Assembly (NCBI GenBank): GCA_963767925.1
Contig: CAVYGB010000008.1
Location: forward strand, 576,001-640,000
DNA from: an uncultured delta proteobacterium
GTDB taxonomy: Bacteria; Myxococcota_A; Polyangia; Fen-1088
Reading direction: 5' to 3'
DNA: 64,000 nucleotides
Of this stretch, positions 51,495 through 61,098 are shown in pieces. The first letter of the stretch is position 1, and every line of letters begins with the position of its first letter. Below the pieces are notes generated by a model. That model was not told the DNA's origin, did no database searches, and saw nothing but the letters and a program-made list of their open reading frames with translations. A program made the translations under genes and the position numbers.

Positions 51495-52395
51495 CTAGGG
51501 GCCGCAGCGCCAGGGCGCCCGTACACATACCGACGCGTTGTGCTGCCGTAGGCGACCGGGAACCGGCTGCAGTCGCCGCGATGCGGTTGGCGTTGGCGAG
51601 GACCGCGTTCGGATGGTCGTCGTTACTCACGCCGCGCGGGCAGCGTTCGCGGCCTTCATCGCGTGGACAATGAAGTTGTACTGGTGCAGGGCGCCGCCGG
51701 CACCGGGGCCGAAGTATCCGTACGGGTTTCCACCGCTGAAGCGGGTGTGCTTCGCGCCCGGTACCTCGGGAGCATTGGGAGTCGCCGGCAGCATGAGCTC
51801 CGCGGGCAGCTTCGTCACCGTGGCCGGGATGTCGTACATCGAGCCAGTGGGTGCTGTTGTTGCACTGGTCCACCATGCTGAGCGCGTAGCTAGCGTTGCC
51901 TCCGGGTGGGGCAGCCCAGGAGAAGCGCGGGCGAGCGTTGCCCGTGCCGATCGGTCTGGCCGTGGTGCGGATCTGACCACGTCGTGGCACATCCGCATGT
52001 CCTCATCTCGGACGAAGTCGCTCGAGCGCGAACGCGCCACCGGCCACGCCGGAGTCGGCGGTGGTGCCGGCGTCGGCGGGGCGGCCGTCGGGGCCGCGGG
52101 CGTCGGGGCGACGGGAGTCGGGGCCGCGGCCGTCGGGGCCGCGGGCGTCGGGGGTGCGTCCGCCGGTGCCGCCAGCGCCGCCGCTGCCGGCGGAGCCGCC
52201 GGTACCGGCCGAGCCACCCGTGCCGGCCGAGCCGCCGGTGCCACCGGTGGAGCCGCCGCGGCCGCCAGAGCCGGCCGAGCCGCCGGTGCCACCCGTGCCG
52301 CCCGGCTCGTCTTCACCGCCGCAATTGGATAGAGACAGTCCGCCCGCGCCGAGCGCGAGCGCGAGAAACGTCGTGAGGGAGTAGGTCCTTCGCAT
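51495..52395 (-). CDS. YbhB/YbcL (PEBP-like) lipoprotein, frameshifted as sequenced
   Basis: Signal ending SLSNC, GGTGG linker, then fragments in different frames: P.FSWAAPP..SYALSMVD..THW / YDIPA..LP / GYFGPGA..HQYNFIVHA; end approximate. Confidence 0.65.
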
Positions 52396-52787
52396 CTTGA
52401 ATACCTCCGGGGAGTTGGCCCGGAAGCCTGTTCCGGACGCTTGGCTTGGCCCACTTCTGGCCTAGCTGTGAGGCCGGACCATACATCGGATATCCCGGGG
52501 AACGAACCGTTCTCAGCTATGGCTAGCCAAGGTAGACGCATGAGGCTGGATGCTCCCGATGGCCCGATGGGTCGGGAGCCAGGGCTGCTCCCGATTCGTG
52601 CGATCCGGATGTCCTGGACGCCACGGAGGGGCGCGCGCAGGCGAGCTCCGGAGCTCGAAAAAGCCGACGCCCGCTGCCCTCGCGGGGTGAGCCGGGCGGG
52701 GCTCGTCGCGAAGGAGCGGGCGTCGGAAGCGAGGCAATCTCTCGGTCTCTGACCCGGGGGACGCGGGACCCGCGAGGGTCCCGCCCG

Positions 52788-53123
52788 TCAATGCGCCAGC
52801 GGGAAGGCGTCCTGGGTGCGCGAGCGGGGCAGGGTCACGGTCACCACCATGGTCGGGCCCCGCAGGTGCATCATCGGACGGGGGGCGGGATCGTTGGTCT
52901 CGTCGGCCCACACGTCGGAGGAGGTGAGGGCGAGGTCGGCCTCGCCGGCTTCGTCCACGGCCAGGGCAGCGAGCTCGAGCGAAGGCTGCATGTCGACGTG
53001 CGCGATCGACTTGCTCGGCGTCGCCGAGACGCTGACCCAGACCACGACGACAGAGACAGCGGTCACCACGGGCAGAATCCGGATCCAGGTCGACCCGGCC
53101 ACGATTCGCGTGCTGCTTTTCAT
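52788..53123 (-). CDS. Hypothetical small membrane-anchored protein
   Basis: N-terminal hydrophobic segment ILPVVTAVSVVVVWVSVS; fills the gap. Confidence 0.45.
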   Translation of the reverse strand: MKSSTRIVAGSTWIRILPVVTAVSVVVVWVSVSATPSKSIAHVDMQPSLELAALAVDEAGEADLALTSSDVWADETNDPAPRPMMHLRGPTMVVTVTLPRSRTQDAFPLAH

Positions 53124-53481
53124 CTTCGTACCCCCACCGCGCCGGCACGGCGCCACCGGGAAGACCAGCAAAGCCGGGACCACAGCCGGATGCTTTGTCC
53201 ATAGTTATAGGTAATCACCCACACATCGGATAAACACCAACAAAATTGCGAGCGGTTTTGCCGGGAGTTGCGCGCGGGGACGGTGACGGCGCGGCGCCAA
53301 CCGCGATCCCGGTGTCAGGGCTCTGCGTGGAGTTTTCCACACGGTCGCAGCCGCGTCGGTTGCGGTGGGGTTACGGTAGGCCCTTTCCTTCACCGCCCGA
53401 TGTCGCGCGGGCACGGTCCACGCCGCGCTGGCTCGCCGCTGCCTTGCTGGCCTGGGGCCTGCGTAGGATAAGGGGCTGGTC

Positions 53482-54573
53482 ATGTCACGAGCCGCGGCCT
53501 CGCCCTTCGCGCCCTGTCTGGCCTGCCTGATCCTGGGCGTCTCGTTCTTCGTCGCCCCGCGCGCGGCGGCAGTGGATCCCGCCGAGGTCGAGGAGCTGAT
53601 CCGCATGGGCGTCGACCTGCGGCGCGCCGGCCGCGATCCCGCGGCCTTGCCCTACTTTCGACGCGCGTACGATCTCGAGCGCTCGCCCCGCACGGCGGCG
53701 CAGCTCGGCCTGGTGGAGGCCGCCATCGGCTACTGGCCAGCGGCCGAGCAGCACCTCGTCGAGGCCATGAACGCCGGGAACCACCCCTGGCTCGCGCAGC
53801 ACATGAACGAGATCCGCGCGACCCTCGAACGGGTGCGGGCGTACATCTGCGAGCTCGACGTGGTGGGCGGGCCGGTCGGAGCCGAGGTGATCGTCAACGG
53901 CCGCACCGTTGGTCGGCTGCCGCTGGCCGAGCCGGTGCGGGTGGCCGAGGGCACCGTCCAGGTGACCGTGCGGACGCCGGGGTACATCGAAGCTACCAGC
54001 TCCATCGCCGTGAAGGGCGGGGGGAGCGAGCGGGTCGACGTCGCCCTGGTCCCGGCCTCGGGTTACGTCCCCGGCGCGGTCGATCCCACGCGCCCCTCGA
54101 TCGGCGTGGCGCCCACCCAGCGCCACCCCGCCCACGCCACGCCGCCGCTCCATCTCGGCCTCGACGGGCTGGACGAGGCCCCTCCCGCCCGATGGATCCG
54201 CCCCACCGCCTGGGTGGCGGCCACCGCCGCGATCGCCGCCGGCGGCCTGGGCGGCTACCAGGTGCTGGAGCAGCGGAAGCACCAGCGGAGCTTCAACAAC
54301 TACCGGCCCCCGGGGACGATCGACCGCCCTTGCGCCGTCCTCGCCATCCGCCGCGGCGGCCCGCCCTGCGACGCCATCTACAAGGACGCGCGGCTGGCGA
54401 GCCGGCTGGCCATCATCGGCTTCGCCGGCGCGGGCGTGCTGGCCACCACCGCCCTGGTGGCCTTCGTCGCCTCCTCGGGTGGGACCCGCTACGCGGCGGC
54501 GGACGGCGCGGGCAGCCCCCTGGTGCTGCTGGCTCCGGAGACTGTCTCGCTGGGCTGGTCCCTCGGCTTCTGA
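53482..54573 (+). CDS. TPR plus PEGA domain protein
   Basis: Signal peptide, GVDLRRAG..ALPYFRRAY..PRTAAQLGL, GAEVIVNGRTVGRLPL..PGY. Confidence 0.85.
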   Translation: MSRAAASPFAPCLACLILGVSFFVAPRAAAVDPAEVEELIRMGVDLRRAGRDPAALPYFRRAYDLERSPRTAAQLGLVEAAIGYWPAAEQHLVEAMNAGNHPWLAQHMNEIRATLERVRAYICELDVVGGPVGAEVIVNGRTVGRLPLAEPVRVAEGTVQVTVRTPGYIEATSSIAVKGGGSERVDVALVPASGYVPGAVDPTRPSIGVAPTQRHPAHATPPLHLGLDGLDEAPPARWIRPTAWVAATAAIAAGGLGGYQVLEQRKHQRSFNNYRPPGTIDRPCAVLAIRRGGPPCDAIYKDARLASRLAIIGFAGAGVLATTALVAFVASSGGTRYAAADGAGSPLVLLAPETVSLGWSLGF

Positions 54574-54634
54574 GCGACCGGCGCCGGGAGCGGGGAAAGA
54601 TCCCGCGCTCCGCGGGCGCCCGAGCGGAGTCGGC

Positions 54635-55696
54635 TCAGAAGGGGAACGCGCAGGCCAGGCCGGGGCGAATCAGATCGGGCGCGCAGGCCAGTCGGCCCAC
54701 CGGGGCGGCGCTGGCCCGCTGGTCGCCAGAGCCGGCGGTCAGGTAGAGCACCAGGGCGCTCGCCCCCAGCGCGCCGGCCGCCGAGAAGCCGGCGATCCAG
54801 ATGGTCTGGGCCTTCTTGTAGGCGCTCTTGATCTGGGTGCAGGTCCGGTCCGCCACGTTGGAGCGCGCCAGGATCGCGCCGTTGGTGGTCTCGAGGCACA
54901 TCCGCTTGTTGAAGCTCGCGACCTGGTCGTTGTAGCGCCAGATTCCGTAGCTGGCGACGCCCAGGCTCAACCCGGCGGCGCCGATGGCCACGCCGAGGGC
55001 GGCCTTGCGCCAGGAGGCCATGGGCGCGTGTTCGCCCAGGTCGGCGCCCTCTCCCGACAGGCCCGAGGCTCCCCGCTGGACGGGCCGGAGGCCGCCGGCG
55101 GGACCGGCGCTGCTTCCTTCGCCCTCCTTGTCGAGCCGGATGACCACCGGCTGGTACTGCAGGCCAGCGATGGTGATGGTGCGAAAGCCAGGGCGGTAGC
55201 CGGGCGCGCGCAGCTCGATGTCGACGCTGCCCGCGATCACCCGCACCGGCTGGGGCAAGGGGACCGTGCCGACGGGACGCCCGTTGACCAGCACCTCCGC
55301 CCCCGACGGATCGCCGGTGATCTCGACCCGTCCGACGTTGCGCTTGGCGACCGTCAGCGCCTCCTCGATGGTCTCCCGGTTGGTCCGGATCCACACGTCG
55401 GTGGCGACCGCCTTCAAGGCGTCGGTGAGGTGCTCGTCTGCCTCCACCCAGCGCCCCAGCGCCCACTCGACGAGGCCGAGCTGGGCCGAGGTTCGCGGGC
55501 TCTTGCTGACTTCGTAGGCCCGCCGGAAGATCGGCAACGCCCCTTCGTCGTCGCCCGCGCGGCGGAGGTTGTTTCCCCGGCGCATGAGCTCTTCGGCCTC
55601 GTCGGCGGGGACTGCCCCCGCGCTACCAGCCATCGCCGCGAGCAGGAAGAGGACCGTGATTCCCGTCGCGCGGCGTATGAAATTGGAGCTAAGCAT
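54635..55696 (-). CDS. TPR plus PEGA domain protein (paralog of 53482-54573)
   Basis: GNNLRRAG..ALPIFRRAY..PRTSAQLGL, GAEVLVNGRPVGTVPL..APGY. Confidence 0.85.
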   Translation of the reverse strand: MLSSNFIRRATGITVLFLLAAMAGSAGAVPADEAEELMRRGNNLRRAGDDEGALPIFRRAYEVSKSPRTSAQLGLVEWALGRWVEADEHLTDALKAVATDVWIRTNRETIEEALTVAKRNVGRVEITGDPSGAEVLVNGRPVGTVPLPQPVRVIAGSVDIELRAPGYRPGFRTITIAGLQYQPVVIRLDKEGEGSSAGPAGGLRPVQRGASGLSGEGADLGEHAPMASWRKAALGVAIGAAGLSLGVASYGIWRYNDQVASFNKRMCLETTNGAILARSNVADRTCTQIKSAYKKAQTIWIAGFSAAGALGASALVLYLTAGSGDQRASAAPVGRLACAPDLIRPGLACAFPF

Positions 55697-55778
55697 CGTT
55701 ACGGTTCTGCACCTTACCAAATCCCAAGGTGTGTGTAATGGATACCTGAACGGTGTTTTCCAGGTCCACGGGGGCGGC

Positions 55779-56504
55779 TCAGGGCGCCCCCGGGAGGCCG
55801 CACAGCCCCTCGACCCGGGCGTCGGCGCAGACCAGGCTGGCACAGCGGCGGCCCCGGCACTCGTCGTCCACCTGGCAGGCGACGCCGTTGGCCTTCCGAG
55901 CCGCGCACGACCCGTCGACCCCCGCCGCGGCGTTGGCGCAATAGCCCTCGACGCACTCGACGTGGTTCTGGCAGGCCCCGCCCACCGGCACGAGCGGCTT
56001 GACGAAGTCGCACATCCGATAGGCGGACAGGCCGCCGCTGACCCGGGCGTCGGCGCAGGACTGGTCGGTGTAGGCCATCAGGCAGGTGGCCAGCGCCCCG
56101 GGATCGTAGGCGGCCCGGCCCTGGCCGATGGCGGCGTTGGCCTGGCCCATCAGCCCGGCCAGCGTCCCGGCGAGGAAGCCCTCGCAGACCGCCTGGGTCA
56201 TCGAGAGCCCGCGGATGCCCTCTGTCGGCTCGCAACAGGCAAAGGTCTTCGCGCAGACCACGGCGGCCACCAGCGCGGGCGCCATCTCCAGCGGGATGCT
56301 GCCCGGCACCGGCGGCGCATCGTAGGCGCCCCCGTCGCCGTCGGTGCCCCCGGCGCCGCCGCTGCCCCCGCCGCCCGACGGTCCGGGATCGCCGCCGGCG
56401 CCACCTTCCGGTCCGGGATCGGCCGGCTTCTGACCGGCGCCACCGCAGGCACCGACGCTGACGCTGGCGGCCGCGACCGTGAGGATAGCTAGAAGACGCA
56501 ACAT
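55779..56504 (-). CDS. Cys-rich lipoprotein
   Basis: Lipobox VGAC, Gly linker, CAKTFACC, G.AC....EC..G.C repeats. Confidence 0.75.
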   Translation of the reverse strand: MLRLLAILTVAAASVSVGACGGAGQKPADPGPEGGAGGDPGPSGGGGSGGAGGTDGDGGAYDAPPVPGSIPLEMAPALVAAVVCAKTFACCEPTEGIRGLSMTQAVCEGFLAGTLAGLMGQANAAIGQGRAAYDPGALATCLMAYTDQSCADARVSGGLSAYRMCDFVKPLVPVGGACQNHVECVEGYCANAAAGVDGSCAARKANGVACQVDDECRGRRCASLVCADARVEGLCGLPGAP

Positions 56505-56604
56505 GCTGTTTTCTCCTCGGGCGTGCAAAACCGCCCGACGTTATCGCATGCGCCCTCCGGGGTCGAGCCAGGGGTCGGGGCGCCGCCGCGGGCCGCGGGG
56601 CCGC

Positions 56605-56622
56605 GATGCAACCGTTTGCATC
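56605..56622. promoter_or_regulatory. LacI-family operator-like palindrome
   Basis: GATGCAACCGTTTGCATC, perfect 7-bp arms, TG.AA.CG.TT.CA pattern, upstream of HAD-gnd. Confidence 0.55.
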
Positions 56623-56713
56623 AACCGCGTTTCATTTCGGCGCGAAGCTTGCCACCGTTTCGCGCCTGCATGCTTGACCCCCGCTGCAGCCGCCGGCCAA
56701 TGTACGTACCGCC

Positions 56714-57793
56714 ATGGCTCAGGACCCCGCAGAGAAAAACGCCGGAAACCCCCAGGACAAGCTGCGCGCTTACCGCCCCGGCCGTGAATTTTTCGTCGGC
56801 ATCGACTCGGACGGTTGCGCCTTCAACTCGATGGAGGTCAAGCACAACGACAGCTTCAGCGTGAACCTCATCAAGTACTTCGGGCTGCAGGGGCTGTCGC
56901 GCCAGGCCCACCAGGCCTGGGACTTCGTGAACCTGTATTCGCAGACCCGCGGCTGCAACCGGTTCAAGGCCCTCGTGCTCGCCTGCGATGAGCTGCGGAA
57001 GATGCCCCGGGTCGCCAGGACCGGCATCGCCGTCCCCGAGCTGCCGTACATCAAGAGCTGGATCAAGAGCGAGACCCAGCTCGGCAACCCCCGCCTCAAG
57101 GAGAAGATCGCCGCCGCCCAGGGGGCCGAGAAGCAGGAGCTCGAGCTGGTCTACGAGTGGAGCAAGGCGGTCAACAAGACCATCGAGGACATCGTCCACA
57201 ACCTGCCCCCCTTCCCGGGCGTGCGGGAGAGCCTGGGCAAGCTGCGCGAACGCGCCGACATCCTCGTCGTGTCGGCCACCCCCCAGGAGGCGCTCGACCG
57301 GGAGTGGGCCGAACACGGCATCGACCGGTTCGTCTCGCTCATCGCCGGACAGGAGATGGGCTCCAAGACCGAGCACCTCGAGCTGGCGGCCAAGGGGAAA
57401 TTTCCCTCCGACCAGATCTTGATGGTGGGCGACGCCCCCGGCGATCTGAAGGCGGCGCGCGACGTGGGGGCCCTGTTTTGCCCGATCAACCCCGGCGACG
57501 AGGAGGCCTCCTGGGAGCGCTTCCTGAAGGAAGGGATCGACAGATTCTTCGGCAAGCGGTATGCGGGGGCCTACGAGGCCGAGCTGATCGCGGAGTTCGA
57601 TCGGCTGCTGCCCCGGAAGACCGCCATCCCGCCTTGGAAGCGCAATCAGGCGGCGACAAGCCTGGGCCCGCGAGGCGACGACGAATGTCCGGCAATTCCG
57701 AGGAGGAGCAACGAAGCGGGGGCGCAGGATCGTCGCCGAATGGTTGATGCAGTTCGAAGACGGCGCACTAGGCCGTCGGCTGTCGAGTGTTGA
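56714..57793 (+). CDS. HAD-family hydrolase/phosphatase
   Basis: GIDSDG (DxD), VVSAT, MVGDAPGD; region after ..IPPWKR (~57645) looks like read-through, true end may be earlier. Confidence 0.85.
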   Translation: MAQDPAEKNAGNPQDKLRAYRPGREFFVGIDSDGCAFNSMEVKHNDSFSVNLIKYFGLQGLSRQAHQAWDFVNLYSQTRGCNRFKALVLACDELRKMPRVARTGIAVPELPYIKSWIKSETQLGNPRLKEKIAAAQGAEKQELELVYEWSKAVNKTIEDIVHNLPPFPGVRESLGKLRERADILVVSATPQEALDREWAEHGIDRFVSLIAGQEMGSKTEHLELAAKGKFPSDQILMVGDAPGDLKAARDVGALFCPINPGDEEASWERFLKEGIDRFFGKRYAGAYEAELIAEFDRLLPRKTAIPPWKRNQAATSLGPRGDDECPAIPRRSNEAGAQDRRRMVDAVRRRRTRPSAVEC

Positions 57794-57821
57794 TCGAGGA
57801 AGAATCAGGAGACGCACACAG

Positions 57822-59274
57822 ATGAGCGAGACGCAAAAAGCGAACATCGGGATGCTCGGGCTGGCCGTCATGGGCAGGAACCTGGCCCTCAACATCGCGG
57901 ACCATGGCTTCCGGGTGGCGGTCTGGAACCGCGACGGATCGGTGACCGACCGGCTGATCGCCGAGAACGCCAAGAGCGGGCAGGCCGCCCTGCTGCCGAC
58001 CAAGTCGATCCAGGAGATGGTGGCCTCGCTCGAGCGCCCGCGCCGCGTGTGGGTGATGGTGAAGGCCGGCAAGCCGGTCGACGACGTCATCGATCAGCTC
58101 AAGCCCCTGCTGGAAAAAGGGGACGTCATCATCGACGGCGGCAACACCCACTTCCAGGAGACGCGCCGGCGCGAGGCCGACCTGCGCGCCCTGGGCCTGA
58201 ACTTCGTGGGCACCGGCGTCTCGGGTGGAGAAGAGGGGGCGCGCCGCGGCCCCTCGATCATGCCGGGCGGTGAGGCCGCGGCCTGGAACTCGCTGCGCCC
58301 GATCCTGGAGGCCATCTCGGCCAAGACCGACTCCGGCCCCTGCGTGACCCACTGTCGGTCCCGACGGCGCCGGCCACTTCGTCAAGATGGTCCACAACGG
58401 CATCGAATACGGCGACATGCAGCTCATCGCCGAGGTCTACGACCTGATGTCGCGGGGCCTGGGGCTGCAGCGCCCCCGAGATCGGCGAGATCTTCGCCCG
58501 CTGGAACGAGGGCCCGCTGGCCTCGTTCCTCGATCGAGCTGACCGCCAAGGTGCTGAGCGTGAAGGACGGCGAGACCGGCCAGCCGCTGGTCGACCTCGT
58601 GCAGGACAAGGCCGGCCAGAAGGGGACCGGCAAGTGGACCGCCGAGATCGCCCTCGACCTCGGCGTCCCCATCCCGACCATCGGCGCGGCCCTCGACGGA
58701 CGCGGTGCTGTCGAGCATGAAGGACGAACGGGTGGCGGCCGCCAGGCGCATCCGGGGCGCGGGCCTCACCGGGACCCTCCCGGCCAGCGACCGCAAGGAG
58801 ATGGTGGCGGCGATCCACGACGCCCTCCTGGCCTCGAAGATCTGCTCGTACGCCCAGGGCCTGCATCTCATCCGCACCGGCAGCGACAAATACTCCTGGA
58901 ACGTCTCGCTCAAGGAGACCGCCCGCATCTGGAAGGGCGGTTGCATCATCCGCGCGCGAGCTGCTCGACACCATCATGCGGCGCTCGAGCGGACGCCCGG
59001 GCTGCCCAACCTGCTGCTCGACGAGGACTTCGAGAAGCGCATGTACGCCGCCCAGCCGGCCTGGCGGCGCGTGCTCGCCACGGCGGTCACCCTGGGGATC
59101 CCGACCCCCTCGATGAGCGCCAGCCTGGCCTACTTCGACAGCTACCGGACCGCCCGGTTGCCGCAGAACCTGACCCAGGCCCAGCGCGACGCCTTCGGCG
59201 CCCACACCTACGAGCGCACCGACAAGCCAGAAGGCGGCTTCGTTCACACCGACTGGCTCGGCACCCGCGGCTGA
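57822..59274 (+). pseudogene. gnd: 6-phosphogluconate dehydrogenase (decarboxylating), multiply frameshifted as sequenced (probably read errors)
   Basis: [65 protein letters not shown] spread over three frames; at least five indels between 58350 and 58980. Confidence 0.9.
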
Positions 59275-59310
59275 GCCAACGCCCTCCAGATAGGCCACCC
59301 ATGACCCGTT

Positions 59311-59430
59311 TGCCCTCGCCCCGCGGTCTTCCGCGGGGAGAGGGAAAGGGTGAGGGGAGGTTGCCAGGTCGGGCGCCCGTCGCAGACGCGCCCGACCTCT
59401 CCGCACGGCGCGGCCGAGCGGGACAGGTGA
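59311..59430. repeat. REP-like GC-rich hairpin cluster between convergent genes
   Basis: CCCTCGCCCCGCGG..CCGCGGGGAGAGGG, GGGTGAGGGG, AGGTCGGGCGC..GCGCCCGACCT. Confidence 0.55.
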
Positions 59431-59442
59431 GTTCCGCCCGCC

Positions 59443-60302
59443 CTAAAGCACGATCTGCAGGCGGCGGCGGTAGTCCTGGGTCAGCTCGTGCTGGCCGCCG
59501 AGCTGGTCGAAGATCGCGAGCATGGCCAGGCGGGCGCCGTCTTCCTTGAACTTGCGGTTTCGGCAGGCGATCTCGAGGAAGTGGTCGAGCGCCTCCTGGC
59601 TCTGCCCGCGGGCGGCCAGGGCGCTGGCCAGCGCGTAGCGGGCCTCCAGATCCTTCTCGTCCTTGGCCAGCGCGGCCCGGGCCTTGTCCTCCCCGCCGTA
59701 GGCCTCGGCATCGGTGGCGAATTGCAGGCGGCGTTCGAGGGGGGCAGCTCCAGCGCCTGCGCGCTGCGGGGGTCGATCTGGGCGATGGCCGCCCGCGCCT
59801 CCTCGCCGCGACCGGCGTCGACGAGCAGGCGGGCCAGGGCCAGCAGGGCTCGATCCTTGACCTCCTCGTCGCCGGTGAGCCCGCGCAGCGCGGCCTCGGC
59901 CTCTGCCACCCGCCCGGCCCTGGCGTCGGCCTCCGCCTTCTCCAGCGCGGCCACCCCGGGCGCTGGCACCAGCGCCTTGAGGAACCGCTGGATCTGGGGC
60001 GCGGGGATGGCCCCCACGAACTCGGAGACGACCTTGCCGTCCCGGAAGGCCTTCACCGCCGGGATGCCCTGGATCCCGTATTCGTAGGCCAGCTCCGGGC
60101 TCTCGTCGGTGTTCACCTTCACCAGCTCGGCGCGCCCGTCGAGCGCCTTCACCTCGGCCTCGATGATCGGGCCCAGCACCCGACAGGGGCCACACCAGGG
60201 CGCCCAGAAGTCCACGACCACGGGAACCGTCTTCGACCGCTCGATGACTTCGGTGGCGAAGTCCTTGGTCCCGACATCTTTGTACGGCGGTACAGCGCTC
60301 AT
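59443..60302 (-). CDS. ybbN: Thioredoxin-TPR chaperedoxin (YbbN/CnoX-like), one frameshift as sequenced
   Basis: VVVDFWAPWCGPC, GIPAVKAF; C-terminus ARYALA..DGARLAMLAIF..YRRRL in another frame; shift at the G6 run ~59739-59744. Confidence 0.85.
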
Positions 60303-60934
60303 TGCTTCTCCACGGCCTTGGGATAGATGGCGTAGCTGCCCACGAACGAGCTCTCGTCGAGGACGTGCCCCTTCAGCGCGGCCACCGCTTCGGGACCCGT
60401 GAAGGTGCCATCGATGGGGAAGCGGGGCACGTCGAGGGCGAACAATCGGAAGTGGTAGTGATGCACCAGGGAGTCGTTCCAGGGCGGGCAGGGTCCGTCG
60501 TAGCCGAAATATTGTCCCTCCATCTCCCGATCACCCCTGAACCAGCCCGTGTAGTCGTTGAGCCCACTGCGCGTCTGGCGCGGGCTCGCGGGCCCCAGCT
60601 TGCCCCGCGCGGTCACGCCCCGGGAGAACTCCCCCTCGGCGATGGGCTTGCTGTCCGCCGGCAGGTCCACGAGCACCCAGTGGTAAAAATCGACCCGCGG
60701 CAGGTCGGGCGGCACCACCCGGTCCTCCTTGTTGACGTCGTCGCCCCGGCTGGGGGCGTCGACATCGACGCACAGGAGCGCCAGCGATCGGGTGGCGGCC
60801 GGAAGGTCGCTCCAGGCCAGGTGTGGGTTGGCGTTGTCCGACAGCTCGACGTGACCCCGCGGCGGATGGCGGCCCAGAGCGTAGTGGGGCGGGATGTAGC
60901 CCCGATTGGGGAAACTATCGCTCCAGAGCTTCAT
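60299..60934 (-). CDS. YbhB/YbcL family Raf kinase inhibitor-like protein
   Basis: NPHLAWSDLP..RSLALLCVD.DAP, FYHWVLVDLP, GYDGPCPPWND..HHYHF. Confidence 0.92.
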   Translation of the reverse strand: MKLWSDSFPNRGYIPPHYALGRHPPRGHVELSDNANPHLAWSDLPAATRSLALLCVDVDAPSRGDDVNKEDRVVPPDLPRVDFYHWVLVDLPADSKPIAEGEFSRGVTARGKLGPASPRQTRSGLNDYTGWFRGDREMEGQYFGYDGPCPPWNDSLVHHYHFRLFALDVPRFPIDGTFTGPEAVAALKGHVLDESSFVGSYAIYPKAVEKQ

Positions 60935-61098
60935 GAATCCATTCTTGGGGTCTGGGACCGGAGGGGTCAAGCCAGCCGGTCCCGCCCCCTCCGACGGGCC
61001 GGGCGCGCCCGGGCCCAACCGGGCCCCGGACGCCAGGCGGGCGAAGGATGAGTCGAGGAAACCCTCCGGGGTCTCGAACCGTGTAAAATCGCCGGCCG

